From Vulcanimicrobiales bacterium (GTDB lineage Bacteria > Vulcanimicrobiota > Vulcanimicrobiia > Vulcanimicrobiales > Vulcanimicrobiaceae), in assembly GCA_038215615.1 (NCBI GenBank), contig JBBQQR010000008.1, forward strand, positions 1 through 64,000: a stretch of 64,000 bases of DNA. Reading direction: 5' to 3'. Each line of letters begins with the position of its first letter. Within the stretch, counting starts at the first letter, position 1. The notes below the pieces were generated by a model. The model was not told where the DNA came from and made no database searches. It was given only the letters and a program-made list of their open reading frames with translations. The position numbers were made by a program, and so were the translations under genes. Positions 39,670 to 50,493 of this stretch are shown one piece after another.

Positions 39670-41223
39670 GTGAGGAGCAACCAAGCAAAGTACGCCGAGC
39701 TGAAGCGCAAACGCGAGCTCTCGCAAGCGCCTGCCGGCGCGCAGGCAATAGAAGCCCAGCACCGTCGCGGCAAGCGAACGGCGCGGGAGCGTGTCGACGC
39801 TCTCGTTGACGAGAAGTCGTTCATCGAACTGGATCGTTTCGCAGTGCACCGCACAATCGCGTTTGGGCTGGGCGAACGGGAATTCTTAGGCGATGGTGTC
39901 ATAACGGGCCGCGCCACCATAGACGGCCGCCAAGTCTTCCTCTTCTCGCAGGATTTTACCGTTCTCGGCGGTTCCCTGGGTGAAGTTTTCGCAGAGAAGA
40001 TTTGTAAGGTCATGGACCTGGCTCTGCGCACGGGCTCACCAATCGTAGGTATCAACGATTCCGGCGGCGCGCGCATCCAAGAAGGCGTCGTCAGTTTGGG
40101 CGGCTATGCCGAGATATTCTGGCGCAACGTCCAGGCAAGCGGCGTGATTCCGCAGATCAGCCTGGTCGCCGGACCATGCGCGGGCGGCGCGGTCTATTCA
40201 CCGGCGATTACGGATTTCATCATCATGACCGAAGGCATCGGTCAGATGTTCATCACCGGTCCGGAGATCATCAAGACCGTAACCGGCGAAGAGGTGACGT
40301 TCGAAGAACTCGGGGGCGCGACGACGCATGCTACCAAGAGCGGCGTCGCGCATCTGGTCGCCTCGGACGAAGACGACATGAGCGAATTGGCCAAGACGCT
40401 TCTTTCGTACTTGCCGCAAAATAACATGGACGATCCGCCGCGCTTTGCGTGCGACGACGACCCCGAGCGCTTGGTCAGCGAACTCGACGGTGTCATTCCC
40501 GAATCGCCCAACAAGCCGTACGACATGCACGCGGTCATCGGCCCGGTGCTCGACGACGGCGACTTTTTCGAAATCCAGCCGCTCTATGCGCCCAATATCA
40601 TTACGGGTTTTGGCCGCGTGAACGGACAGAGTGTCGGCGTCGTCGCCAACCAGCCCAACGTGCTGGCAGGCGTGCTCGATATCAAGAGCTCCGTTAAGGC
40701 GGCGCGCTTCGTGCGTTTTTGCGATGCCTTCAATATTCCGCTCGTGACGTTCGTCGACGTCCCTGGTTTTTTGCCGGGCACCGCTCAGGAGTACGGCGGC
40801 ATCATCACACATGGCGCGAAACTGCTGTACGCATTTGCCGAAGCGACCGTTCCGAAGATCACCATCATCACCCGCAAAGCGTACGGCGGGGCGTACGATG
40901 TTATGGCGAGCAAACATATTCGCGCGGACGTCAACGTTGCGTGGCCGACGGCTGAAATTGCCGTTATGGGAGCGGAAAGCGCCGTCAAAACGATTTTCAA
41001 GCGCGAACTTGCGGCGGCTAAAGATAAGGACGCCAAAATGCAAGAGCTCGTGGAAGATTACCGGGAGCGTTTCGACAACCCGTTCATCGCAGCCGAGCGC
41101 GGCTACGTCGACGACGTCGTGGAGGCGCACATGACACGCCGCGTCATAGCAAAGTCGCTGGAGATGCTCGCAAATAAGCGAGTCGAACGCCCCAAGCGCA
41201 AACACGGCAACATTCCACTGTAG
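39670..41223 (+). CDS. pccB: Acyl-CoA (propionyl-CoA) carboxylase carboxyltransferase beta subunit
   Basis: [36 protein letters not shown] and KHGNIPL motifs. Confidence 0.93.
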   Translation: MRSNQAKYAELKRKRELSQAPAGAQAIEAQHRRGKRTARERVDALVDEKSFIELDRFAVHRTIAFGLGEREFLGDGVITGRATIDGRQVFLFSQDFTVLGGSLGEVFAEKICKVMDLALRTGSPIVGINDSGGARIQEGVVSLGGYAEIFWRNVQASGVIPQISLVAGPCAGGAVYSPAITDFIIMTEGIGQMFITGPEIIKTVTGEEVTFEELGGATTHATKSGVAHLVASDEDDMSELAKTLLSYLPQNNMDDPPRFACDDDPERLVSELDGVIPESPNKPYDMHAVIGPVLDDGDFFEIQPLYAPNIITGFGRVNGQSVGVVANQPNVLAGVLDIKSSVKAARFVRFCDAFNIPLVTFVDVPGFLPGTAQEYGGIITHGAKLLYAFAEATVPKITIITRKAYGGAYDVMASKHIRADVNVAWPTAEIAVMGAESAVKTIFKRELAAAKDKDAKMQELVEDYRERFDNPFIAAERGYVDDVVEAHMTRRVIAKSLEMLANKRVERPKRKHGNIPL

Positions 41224-41237
41224 GCGAGGGAGAGAGA

Positions 41238-42017
41238 TTGACCTTATTAAAAGGAAAGCGCGCGCTCGTCACGGGCGTAGCCAACCGCTGGTCCATCGCG
41301 ACCGGCATCGCACGGCAGATGCACGAGCACGGCGCCGAGCTGGCCTTCACCTACCAAGGCGAACGCGTCAAAGATGAGGTGGCCAAACTTGCGGCCGAAC
41401 TGGGCGGCGGTCCGGTCATCGAGTGCGACGTCTCTTCCGATGAATCGCTGGCACGCTTGCGGCCGGCGCTGGCACCGTTCGGCAAACTCGATGCGGTCGT
41501 GCATTCGATAGCGTTTGCCAACAAAGAGGTCTTAACCGGAAAAGTCCACGCGACATCACGCGCCGACTTCAATCTCTCGCTCGATGTCTCGGCATATTCG
41601 CTGATCGCGCTCGTGCAAGCTCTGCAGGAAGAACTGGCGGACGGCGCCTCAATTATGGCGCTGACGTACCTTGGTGCGACGGCCATCGTCCCCAACTATA
41701 ATCTGATGGGTATCGCGAAAGCTGCGCTAGAATCGGCCGTGCGTTATCTGGCGTTCGATTTGGGCGATCGCGGAATTCGCGTGAACGCGATCTCGGCGGG
41801 CCCGATCAAGACCGCAAGCGCCCGGCAAGTCGCGGGGCTGTCGAAAATGCTGGAAGTCGTTGCAGCGACTGCGCCCTTGCGGCGCAACATGACCATCGAC
41901 GATGTCGGTAAAATGGCGGTTTTCCTGGCCTCCGATCTGTCCGCTGCCGTCACAGGCGACGTGCATTTCGTCGACGGTGGATTCCACGCCATGGGAATGT
42001 ACCCGCCACCGCAATGA
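41238..42017 (+). CDS. fabI: Enoyl-ACP reductase
   Basis: GVANRWSIA, HSIAFA, YNLMGIAKAALE and NAISAGPIKT motifs. Confidence 0.93.
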   Translation: MTLLKGKRALVTGVANRWSIATGIARQMHEHGAELAFTYQGERVKDEVAKLAAELGGGPVIECDVSSDESLARLRPALAPFGKLDAVVHSIAFANKEVLTGKVHATSRADFNLSLDVSAYSLIALVQALQEELADGASIMALTYLGATAIVPNYNLMGIAKAALESAVRYLAFDLGDRGIRVNAISAGPIKTASARQVAGLSKMLEVVAATAPLRRNMTIDDVGKMAVFLASDLSAAVTGDVHFVDGGFHAMGMYPPPQ

Positions 42018-42220
42018 GCGACGAGGAAGACATCCTCGCGATCGTCACCGCGCTGGAGTTCTTGGAAGCGCGTCATTCGACAGGCTCAGGTCAGACCGCA
42101 CCGGATTCGCAGTCGCGGTGGAAGACGTCGGGGCGCATCACTTGGTGTCATGGTGAGCCTGTCGAACCATGGCCGAGCTTGTCGAGGCCCGAGCGTAAGC
42201 GTACGTGGAAAAACTCTTAG
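42014..42220 (+). CDS. Small protein, possible acyl-CoA carboxylase epsilon-like subunit
   Basis: ATGA overlap with fabI; EEDILAIVTAL helix and SRWKTSGR pattern; C-terminal part is repeat-derived. Confidence 0.5.
   Translation: MSDEEDILAIVTALEFLEARHSTGSGQTAPDSQSRWKTSGRITWCHGEPVEPWPSLSRPERKRTWKNS
42076..42196. repeat. Cluster of REP-like units
   Basis: Inverted partial unit TTCGACAGGCTCAGG (42076-42090); GGTGTCATGGT-GAGCCTGTCGA-ACCAT (42144-42170); GGCC-GAGCTTGTCGA-GGCC (42171-42189). Confidence 0.8.
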
Positions 42221-43944
42221 TCGCTAATCGCGGGGAGATTGCGGTGCGCATCATGCGCACGGCCCGCGAAATGGGATTGAACACCGTCGCCGTGTATTCC
42301 GAGATCGATCGTGATGCGATGCACGTGCGTTTCGCGGACGAAGCGTATCTGCTCGGGCCGGCCAGTCCATCGCAAAGTTATCTCAACGTCGAGCGCATCT
42401 TAGAGACCGCTCACCGGGCGCAGGCCCGCTACATCCACCCCGGATATGGCTTTCTCGCCGAAAACGCCGCCTTCGCGCGCGCGGTTTCGCAAGTGGGGTT
42501 TATCTGGGTCGGTCCGCACGCCGACGCCATCGATGCAATGGGCGACAAGATGCGCGCGCGGCGGGCGATGATCGCGGCCGGCGTTCCGGTCGTACCGGGT
42601 GGAACCGAAGAAATACTGGACGTTGAAGCCGCGGAATCCGCGGCAAAAACATATGGATTACCGTTAGCGCTTAAAGCCTCGGGCGGGGGCGGCGGCAAAG
42701 GCCTGAAGGTCGCGCATTCGATCGAGGAGATCGGCGCCGCGTTCTCCACTGCAAAACGCGAAGCCGAAGCGTATTTTAAGAACGGCGCCATCTATGCCGA
42801 GCGGTACCTCGAGAACCCCAAGCACATCGAGCTGCAAATTTTGGCCGACAAACACGGTACGGTTCTGCACGTCGGCGAGCGCGATTGTTCGCTGCAGCGG
42901 CGCCACCAGAAATTGTGGGAAGAAACGCCGCCGGCAGTTTCATCCCGCGTGCGCGAAGGCATTCGTGAAGCGGGCATTCGCGCGGCCAAAGCGATCGGTT
43001 ATGACAGTGCGGGCACGATCGAATGGCTTGTGAGCGGGGAAGAGTTCTTTTTTCTCGAGATGAACACGCGCATTCAGGTCGAGCACACGGTCACCGAAAT
43101 GGTGAGCGGCCTCGATTTGGTGCGGGAACAGATCCGCTCTGCGGCGGGCGAGCCGCTCGGTTACGATCAAGGCGCGATCGCATTCCGCGGGCACTCCATC
43201 GAAGGTCGCATCAACGCCGAAGATCCGGCCAACGATTTCCGGCCGGCGCCGGGGACCGTCACCACCTACCGCGAGCCCGGAGGTCTGGGCGTACGCATCG
43301 ATTCGGCCGCTTTCCCCGGCTTCACGATCGGCTCCGACTACGATTCGATGATCGCCAAACTCGTCGTCTGGGCGCCCGATAGAACGCAGGCGCTCGGGCG
43401 TTTTCGCCGCGCCCTCGACGAGTACGTCATCGAAGGCGTGCCGACGACCGTTCATCTTCTGCGGCAGCTGTGCGATCATGCACCGGTCGTGGACGCGACG
43501 TACACAACATCGACGCTCGAAACGTTCGCCGCCTCCGGTGTCATGGTGAGCTTGTCGAACCACCCTGAGCGGCGTGCCGTAGGCACGCCTGTCGAAGGGC
43601 ATTCCGAACAAATCCCCGTCGAAGTTAACGGCAAGCTCTACCACGTGCGCGTTTTCGATCGACCCTCGAAGGGTGCGATCCGCAAACCTCGGCGCGGAGC
43701 TCGTAACGAACGCGCGGCTGCGGCGAGCGGAAACGACGTCGTTTCGCCGATGCACGGCGCTGTTGTTGAGATGCCGGTGAGCGAAGGAGCTACGGTCACG
43801 GAGGGGCAGGTCGTCGCCGTGGTCGAGGCGATGAAAATGATGAACGAGATCCGGGCCCACAAATCCGGCACGGTTTCGAAAATACACGCGCAGCCCGGCG
43901 AGACAGTCGAGTCCAACGGAACGCTCGTAACAATCGCGGACTAA
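42205..43944 (+). CDS. Acyl-CoA carboxylase alpha subunit (biotin carboxylase + biotin carrier)
   Basis: LVANRGEIA, HPGYGFLAEN, ERDCSLQRRHQK, EMNTRIQVEH and biotinylation motif EAMKM. Confidence 0.94.
   Translation: MEKLLVANRGEIAVRIMRTAREMGLNTVAVYSEIDRDAMHVRFADEAYLLGPASPSQSYLNVERILETAHRAQARYIHPGYGFLAENAAFARAVSQVGFIWVGPHADAIDAMGDKMRARRAMIAAGVPVVPGGTEEILDVEAAESAAKTYGLPLALKASGGGGGKGLKVAHSIEEIGAAFSTAKREAEAYFKNGAIYAERYLENPKHIELQILADKHGTVLHVGERDCSLQRRHQKLWEETPPAVSSRVREGIREAGIRAAKAIGYDSAGTIEWLVSGEEFFFLEMNTRIQVEHTVTEMVSGLDLVREQIRSAAGEPLGYDQGAIAFRGHSIEGRINAEDPANDFRPAPGTVTTYREPGGLGVRIDSAAFPGFTIGSDYDSMIAKLVVWAPDRTQALGRFRRALDEYVIEGVPTTVHLLRQLCDHAPVVDATYTTSTLETFAASGVMVSLSNHPERRAVGTPVEGHSEQIPVEVNGKLYHVRVFDRPSKGAIRKPRRGARNERAAAASGNDVVSPMHGAVVEMPVSEGATVTEGQVVAVVEAMKMMNEIRAHKSGTVSKIHAQPGETVESNGTLVTIAD
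43537..43600 (+). repeat. REP-like two-unit element in frame within the biotin carboxylase linker
   Basis: GGTGTCATGGT-GAGCTTGTCGA-ACCA followed by CCCT-GAGC-GGCGTGCC-GTA-GGCACGCC-TGTCGA-AGGG; encodes GVMVSLSNHPERRAVGTPVEG. Confidence 0.82.
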
Positions 43945-43971
43945 CCGCGGCGGGCAGAGAATACCGCCAGC

Positions 43972-45548
<1,577 letters not shown>

Positions 45549-45549
<1 letters not shown>

Positions 45550-45956
45550 TGGAAATAGATCATGTCGCGATTGTCGTCAAGGATCTGAACGCGACGCTCG
45601 CACTCTATACGGGAACGCTGGGTTTCAAGGAAGTGTATCGCGAGACGCTCGCCGAGCAAGGGATAGAAGCTGTGGGGCTAGATGCCGGCGGCTGCATCCT
45701 CGAACTGCTCCGTCCGCTCAAGGAGGATTCGCCGGTCGCGCGTTACCGCGGCGAAGCCGAAACGAGGCTGCATCACACGGCGTATCGGGTTGCCGATTTA
45801 CAGGCCGAACTGGACCGGCTGAAAGCGGGCGGCGTTCGGCTCATCAATGATACGCCGCGGCGCGGCGCGCACGGCAACCTCATTGCGTTCTTGCATCCGG
45901 CGAGCGCTCAGGGCGTATTGATCGAGCTCTGCCAGCCTAGTAAGGAACGCCCTTAG
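45549..45956 (+). CDS. mce: Methylmalonyl-CoA epimerase
   Basis: IDHVAIVV, LHHTAYRV and FLHP...GVLIEL motifs; follows the mutase. Confidence 0.9.
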
Positions 45957-46515
45957 CTCGCTGCGCGCGCAGCGCTTCCATAAACCAAACGAACTCCTTG
46001 AAAAACTCCACGTTGCGCGCGCGGAATTTCGGATCGGTGGGTTCGCCCTGGTCATCGAACGCGCTCCCGACGCGCGCGATCGGCAAGGCCGACGGAATCG
46101 CGGGCATTCCCAGCTCGGCGACGATTTCGCGCAGTTGAATTGCCGCGCGCGCGCCGCTGAAATATCCGCCGGAGTACGAGATGATAGCCGAAGGCCGCCA
46201 AAAATACTCTTCCAGGAAGTAGTCGAGCAAGTTCTTCAGCCCCGGCTGCACGCCGTGATTGTATTCGCCCGTGACGATTGCAAAGCCGTCGGCGGAGCGA
46301 TAGAGCTCCGCGAGTTCCCGGAGTTTGCGCGGCGCAGTACCGGACTCAAATTCCTTAAACATTTTGTCGAGCATCGGCAGATCGTACTCTTTGGCATCGA
46401 TCAGAACGGGCTCGCAACCGTAGTTCTTGAGTTCGTTGGCCACAAAACGTGCGGCTTTAATGCCTTGACGTTCCGTTCGCACGGATCCGAACAGCACGGG
46501 AACTTTCAGCGCCAC
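45937..46515 (-). CDS. NADPH-dependent FMN reductase
   Basis: GSVRTERQG and EYNHGVQPGLKNLLDY motifs. Confidence 0.9.
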   Translation of the reverse strand: MALKVPVLFGSVRTERQGIKAARFVANELKNYGCEPVLIDAKEYDLPMLDKMFKEFESGTAPRKLRELAELYRSADGFAIVTGEYNHGVQPGLKNLLDYFLEEYFWRPSAIISYSGGYFSGARAAIQLREIVAELGMPAIPSALPIARVGSAFDDQGEPTDPKFRARNVEFFKEFVWFMEALRAQRAKGVPY

Positions 46516-46544
46516 CGCTCAGGTATCCGACAGTTGGCCGAAGA

Positions 46545-47444
46545 ATGCCCGCCGCAATGGGCCGCAGGCTTCTATTCCTTACGATCGCGTTGTTGTTGGC
46601 GCTGTTCGTCGCGTGGGCCCTGTTCGGTCAAATGTACCGCATGCCACGCCGCCCGGTGGTCTTGCGCGACGCCGTCAGGACCACGGCGCCGATCGAGCCG
46701 CCGTCCGCAACGCTTTCGCCGTCAACCCAGACGCCCGGAGCAACCACAGCGCCCGCGGCGCCCGCGGCGCCCGCGACGCCGGCCGGAACCGTAACGGTCG
46801 CGATTATCATCGACGACTGCGGCCAGTGGCCCGTCACCGAGCGTGGTTTTCTGGCGCTGCCGATTCCACTGACGCTTTCGATTCTGCCGCACGTTCCTTA
46901 CACAGCACAGATCGCAAACGACGCGGTTGCGGCCGGCAAAGGCATCATGCTGCATCTGCCGATGGAGCCGCTCGGACGCGACACGGCCGGCCCCGGCGAG
47001 ATCACGGCCGCAATGAACGACGCGCAGATCACCTCAACGACGCAGGACGACATCGCGCAAGTTCCCGCGGCCCGCGGGCTCAATAATCACGAAGGCAGCA
47101 AAGCGAGCGCCGACAGCCGCGTGATGAAAGACGTGATCGCAGTGGTCAAAGACCACGGACTCTTCTTCATTGACTCAAGGACCAACGCACAGAGCGTCGC
47201 TGCGCAAACGGCTCGGGACGCCGGCGTTGCGGAGGCGTCGCGAGACGTGTTCCTGGACAATCGTGCGGATGAAGCCCACACCGAGCAGATGCTTGAGCAA
47301 ACTGTCGAGTTCGCAAAACGCGTCGGCTCCGCGATAGCGATCGGCCATCCTCGACCCACGACGCTCGCCGCGCTCGCCGCGTTCTATCCGAAAATGCAAG
47401 CCGAAGGCGTGCGGTTCGTACTCGCTTCTGAATTGGCGCGCTAG
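46545..47444 (+). CDS. Divergent polysaccharide deacetylase (YibQ-like)
   Basis: N-terminal TM, AIIIDDCG, LHLPMEP, NNHEGS, FIDSRT, RDVFLD and AIAIGHP motifs. Confidence 0.9.
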   Translation: MPAAMGRRLLFLTIALLLALFVAWALFGQMYRMPRRPVVLRDAVRTTAPIEPPSATLSPSTQTPGATTAPAAPAAPATPAGTVTVAIIIDDCGQWPVTERGFLALPIPLTLSILPHVPYTAQIANDAVAAGKGIMLHLPMEPLGRDTAGPGEITAAMNDAQITSTTQDDIAQVPAARGLNNHEGSKASADSRVMKDVIAVVKDHGLFFIDSRTNAQSVAAQTARDAGVAEASRDVFLDNRADEAHTEQMLEQTVEFAKRVGSAIAIGHPRPTTLAALAAFYPKMQAEGVRFVLASELAR

Positions 47445-48155
47445 TTAGGCGCTCGAACTCGCGGTGCGCACCATCGTGAACGTGCAGTCGTCGGCTCCGA
47501 GATGGTGCACCTTGCCGGCTATTTTTCCGTCGCTTAGGTCACCGGTCATCTGCATATTATCAGCCCAGTCGGCGGGGCGGAGCGTCAGCGTCATCGTCGT
47601 GCCGCTGAATTGACCGCCGACGACCACCGGGGTCAGCGGATCGTTTCGCACCATGCCCGTTAGCGCGCCGTTGGCGCCTTGCATCAAATCGAGCGTACTC
47701 TGCCAGCCGCTCCCAACGAACTTGCAGTCCGATGTGAGCTGCCAGGTGCCGCCCGCCCCAGTCGCGGTCGCGCCACCTCCTCCGGCACTCGGGCTGGATG
47801 CAAAGAAGGCCGCGTTGATCGCATTGCCGACGCTCAGAGCACTCTTAGAGCCGTCGTCGCTCATCACAACCAGTATGTAATAAAATCCCTTGGGCTGTCC
47901 GACGCAAAACGCCGTGACCGACACCGATCCGAAAGTGGCGTCCAGGTAGGCCGGGTTCGTTCCGCCGACGTGCGCTCCGAAGCCTTGAGTTGCCATCGCG
48001 GCTTGCGCGCGTTTTACGCAATCGCTAAAAGGCGTCGGCTTGGGATCGTTGGCCGTTGAGAAAAACCATCTGCCGTAATCCACCGCGAGCGCGGGCGCTG
48101 CGGCGAGCATCGCGAACGCGGCCGAGGCGATCAAAGTACGGCGGAAAAACATCAT
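47445..48155 (-). CDS. Exported two-domain hypothetical protein
   Basis: TAGGAG RBS, signal peptide, two Cys-pair-containing domains joined by a Gly/Ala linker. Confidence 0.7.
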   Translation of the reverse strand: MMFFRRTLIASAAFAMLAAAPALAVDYGRWFFSTANDPKPTPFSDCVKRAQAAMATQGFGAHVGGTNPAYLDATFGSVSVTAFCVGQPKGFYYILVVMSDDGSKSALSVGNAINAAFFASSPSAGGGGATATGAGGTWQLTSDCKFVGSGWQSTLDLMQGANGALTGMVRNDPLTPVVVGGQFSGTTMTLTLRPADWADNMQMTGDLSDGKIAGKVHHLGADDCTFTMVRTASSSA

Positions 48156-48240
48156 GAGACCGTCTCCTAAAGCAGCTCTGTCGGTTGGCGTGGTCCTTCG
48201 GCTGCGGGGCCTGGCGGCCCCGCCAAAGAACGGCGCTGCG

Positions 48241-48918
48241 ATGCGTCTCTTAGTAGTCGAGGACGATCCGCGCCTCCGTGACGTGTTGCGGCGCGGCCTC
48301 ACGGAGCAAGGACACATCGTCGACGAAAGCCCCGACGGTGACGACGCCGAGCAGGTGGCTTCGTCGCCCATTTATGACGCAATTCTTCTGGACGTCAACC
48401 TTCCCAAACGGAGCGGCCTCGACGTGCTGCGCTCGCTGCGTCGGCAACAATTTCAGACGCCGGTACTCGTGCTGACCTCGCGCGACACCGCCGAAGATAT
48501 CATTGAAGGCCTCGATGCCGGCGCCGACGATTACCTGCGCAAACCGTTCGTCTTCGGCGAACTGGAAGCGCGCCTTCGCTCGATCACGCGCCGCCGTCTG
48601 CCGGTCGAAACGACCAATGCCGAACTCCGCTCGGGCGACGTGGTTCTCGACTTGCGAACTCGCGTTGCACGGCGAGGCGAGCGGCGCATTGATCTAACAG
48701 CTCGTGAGAGCGCGTTCTTGGAGTATTTTCTGCGCAATGCCGGCATCGTCGTAACTCGGCACGCGATCGAGGACGCCATGTTCGATCGCGCAAGCGAGGC
48801 GACATCGAATGTGGTGGACGTCTACGTCAGCCGGTTGCGTTCGAAACTCGCAATCGACGGCGAATCACCGGTGCTGCAGACCGTGCGCGGCGCGGGCTAC
48901 CGGTTCGGTGCCCAATGA
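48241..48918 (+). CDS. OmpR/PhoB family response regulator
   Basis: LLVVEDD, ILLDVNLP, GADDYLRKPF, VYVSRLRSKL and TVRGAGY motifs. Confidence 0.95.
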   Translation: MRLLVVEDDPRLRDVLRRGLTEQGHIVDESPDGDDAEQVASSPIYDAILLDVNLPKRSGLDVLRSLRRQQFQTPVLVLTSRDTAEDIIEGLDAGADDYLRKPFVFGELEARLRSITRRRLPVETTNAELRSGDVVLDLRTRVARRGERRIDLTARESAFLEYFLRNAGIVVTRHAIEDAMFDRASEATSNVVDVYVSRLRSKLAIDGESPVLQTVRGAGYRFGAQ

Positions 48919-50135
48919 CGCACACACGTGCGCTGCGCCTGCGTTTGATCGCCGTCTACGTCGGAGTACTTTTTGCGGGCCTCCTCTGTTTCGCCGCCGC
49001 TGCCGTTTTCGGAATCGACCGCAGCGAACGCGGGGCGCTCGATTCGCACTTGAGCGCCGCGGCGCGGGCGGTGAGCGCTCTCTTGGACCTGCGCAGCGGA
49101 CAGCCGGCGATCGACCGCGACGATCGGCGCCAGTTCGTAACGGTGCTGGGCGCGCAAACCAGCGGGGTTGTAGTCAACGGTTCGCGCAAACTCGTTCTGT
49201 CGAACGTCTCGGTTCCCCCGGCCGCCTTGATGGACGCACCGGCTGCCACCGCCTCATTCATCACAACGGGAACCGGTGAGGCTGCGCTGCGCGCGTTCGT
49301 TCTCCCCATCACCAACAACGGAAGGCGGGTCGGCAAGATCGTCGTCTGGCGGCCGAACGATTGGATCGACGAGACGGATCGGGAAGCGGCCATCGCTTTT
49401 TTACTCGCGGCGCTCGTTATTGCGGCGCTCGCGTGGTTTGCGGGCAACGCCGTGACGCACCGCGCACTCGACGAAGTCGTCGCGCGCCAGCGCCGTTTTA
49501 CGGCCGACGCATCGCACGACTTGCGCGCGCCGCTCGCCGTCATTCGCGCGGAATCCGATCTCGCCCTCACCAAGGAACGCGACGCCGATGCATACCGGCA
49601 GTCGCTCGCGGCGATCTCTCAGGAAGCCGACCGGATGGAATCGCTGATCGGCGATCTTCTCTCGATGGCGCGGGCGGACGCGGGTGCCCTCGAGATTGCG
49701 CGCGTCGATCTGAGCGAAATAACGCGCGAAGCCTGCACGCGCATCGCCGGCGCAGCGGCCGCAAAAATGGTGGAAATTGATTTCTCAGCTTCGGGAGTCA
49801 CGCGAGTGGCCGGTAACGCCGCGGAATTGGAGCGAGCCGTGCTCGCCGTTCTGCATAACGCCCTGAAACACGCTCCGGCCGGCGGCCGGATCGAAGTTCG
49901 CGCCGCAGGCTCGGGCGGCACGGTCGAGGTGAGCGTCCGCGATAACGGGCCGGGGTTTTCGCCCGAGGCGCTGGAGCATGGCCTCGAAAGGTTTTGGCGT
50001 GGCGACGCTTCGGGAGCCGGCAGCGGCTTAGGGCTGGCGGTCGCGGACTCGATCGCGCACGCCTTCGGCGGGAAAGTCGGGCTCTCGAACGCGGGAGGGC
50101 TGGCGGAAACACGGCTGAGCTTCCCGGCGTCATAG
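48915..50135 (+). CDS. Sensor histidine kinase
   Basis: Two TMs, H-box DASHDLRAPL, N box NALKH, G1 DNGPG, G2 GSGLGL. Confidence 0.93.
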   Translation: MTHTRALRLRLIAVYVGVLFAGLLCFAAAAVFGIDRSERGALDSHLSAAARAVSALLDLRSGQPAIDRDDRRQFVTVLGAQTSGVVVNGSRKLVLSNVSVPPAALMDAPAATASFITTGTGEAALRAFVLPITNNGRRVGKIVVWRPNDWIDETDREAAIAFLLAALVIAALAWFAGNAVTHRALDEVVARQRRFTADASHDLRAPLAVIRAESDLALTKERDADAYRQSLAAISQEADRMESLIGDLLSMARADAGALEIARVDLSEITREACTRIAGAAAAKMVEIDFSASGVTRVAGNAAELERAVLAVLHNALKHAPAGGRIEVRAAGSGGTVEVSVRDNGPGFSPEALEHGLERFWRGDASGAGSGLGLAVADSIAHAFGGKVGLSNAGGLAETRLSFPAS

Positions 50136-50178
50136 ACCGTTCATGCTGTAGTAACATTCGGCGGGTATGCTGAGGCCC

Positions 50179-50490
50179 ATGAAAAACGCCCTAATCACGG
50201 CGCCGGCCTTAGTCTTCGCATTCACCCTCGGCGACGGAACCGCGGCCGCTTATCCCGGTCAGATGTACGCCAAACAGGCGACCATTACCATCAGTCAGGC
50301 GCGGGCGATCGCGCTCCGCGCGGTTCCCAATGGCAAGATCGTCGCACAGGAACTTGAAAAAGAGTCCGGCGGCAGCCGCCTGCGCTACAGCTTCGATGTG
50401 AAGCTCGGCGGTAAGACGCGCGAAGTCGGCGTCGATGCAAAGACCGGAAAGATCCTCGAGAATATCGTCGAGGGCAAGAACCCGGACTAA
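50179..50490 (+). CDS. PepSY domain exported protein
   Basis: ITISQARAIAL...YSFDV...VDAKTGKIL pattern; ATG 50179 lies 7 nt after TATGCT. Confidence 0.85.
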   Translation: MKNALITAPALVFAFTLGDGTAAAYPGQMYAKQATITISQARAIALRAVPNGKIVAQELEKESGGSRLRYSFDVKLGGKTREVGVDAKTGKILENIVEGKNPD

Positions 50491-50493
50491 GCG

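Noticed and set aside
42076..43600. Repeat units as a CRISPR array
   Set aside because: No regular repeat-spacer periodicity, copies are dispersed and intragenic, and no cas genes are present.
46749..46775. 9-nt tandem repeat GCGCCCGCG x3
   Set aside because: Encodes an Ala-Pro-Ala linker after the TM helix; ordinary low complexity.
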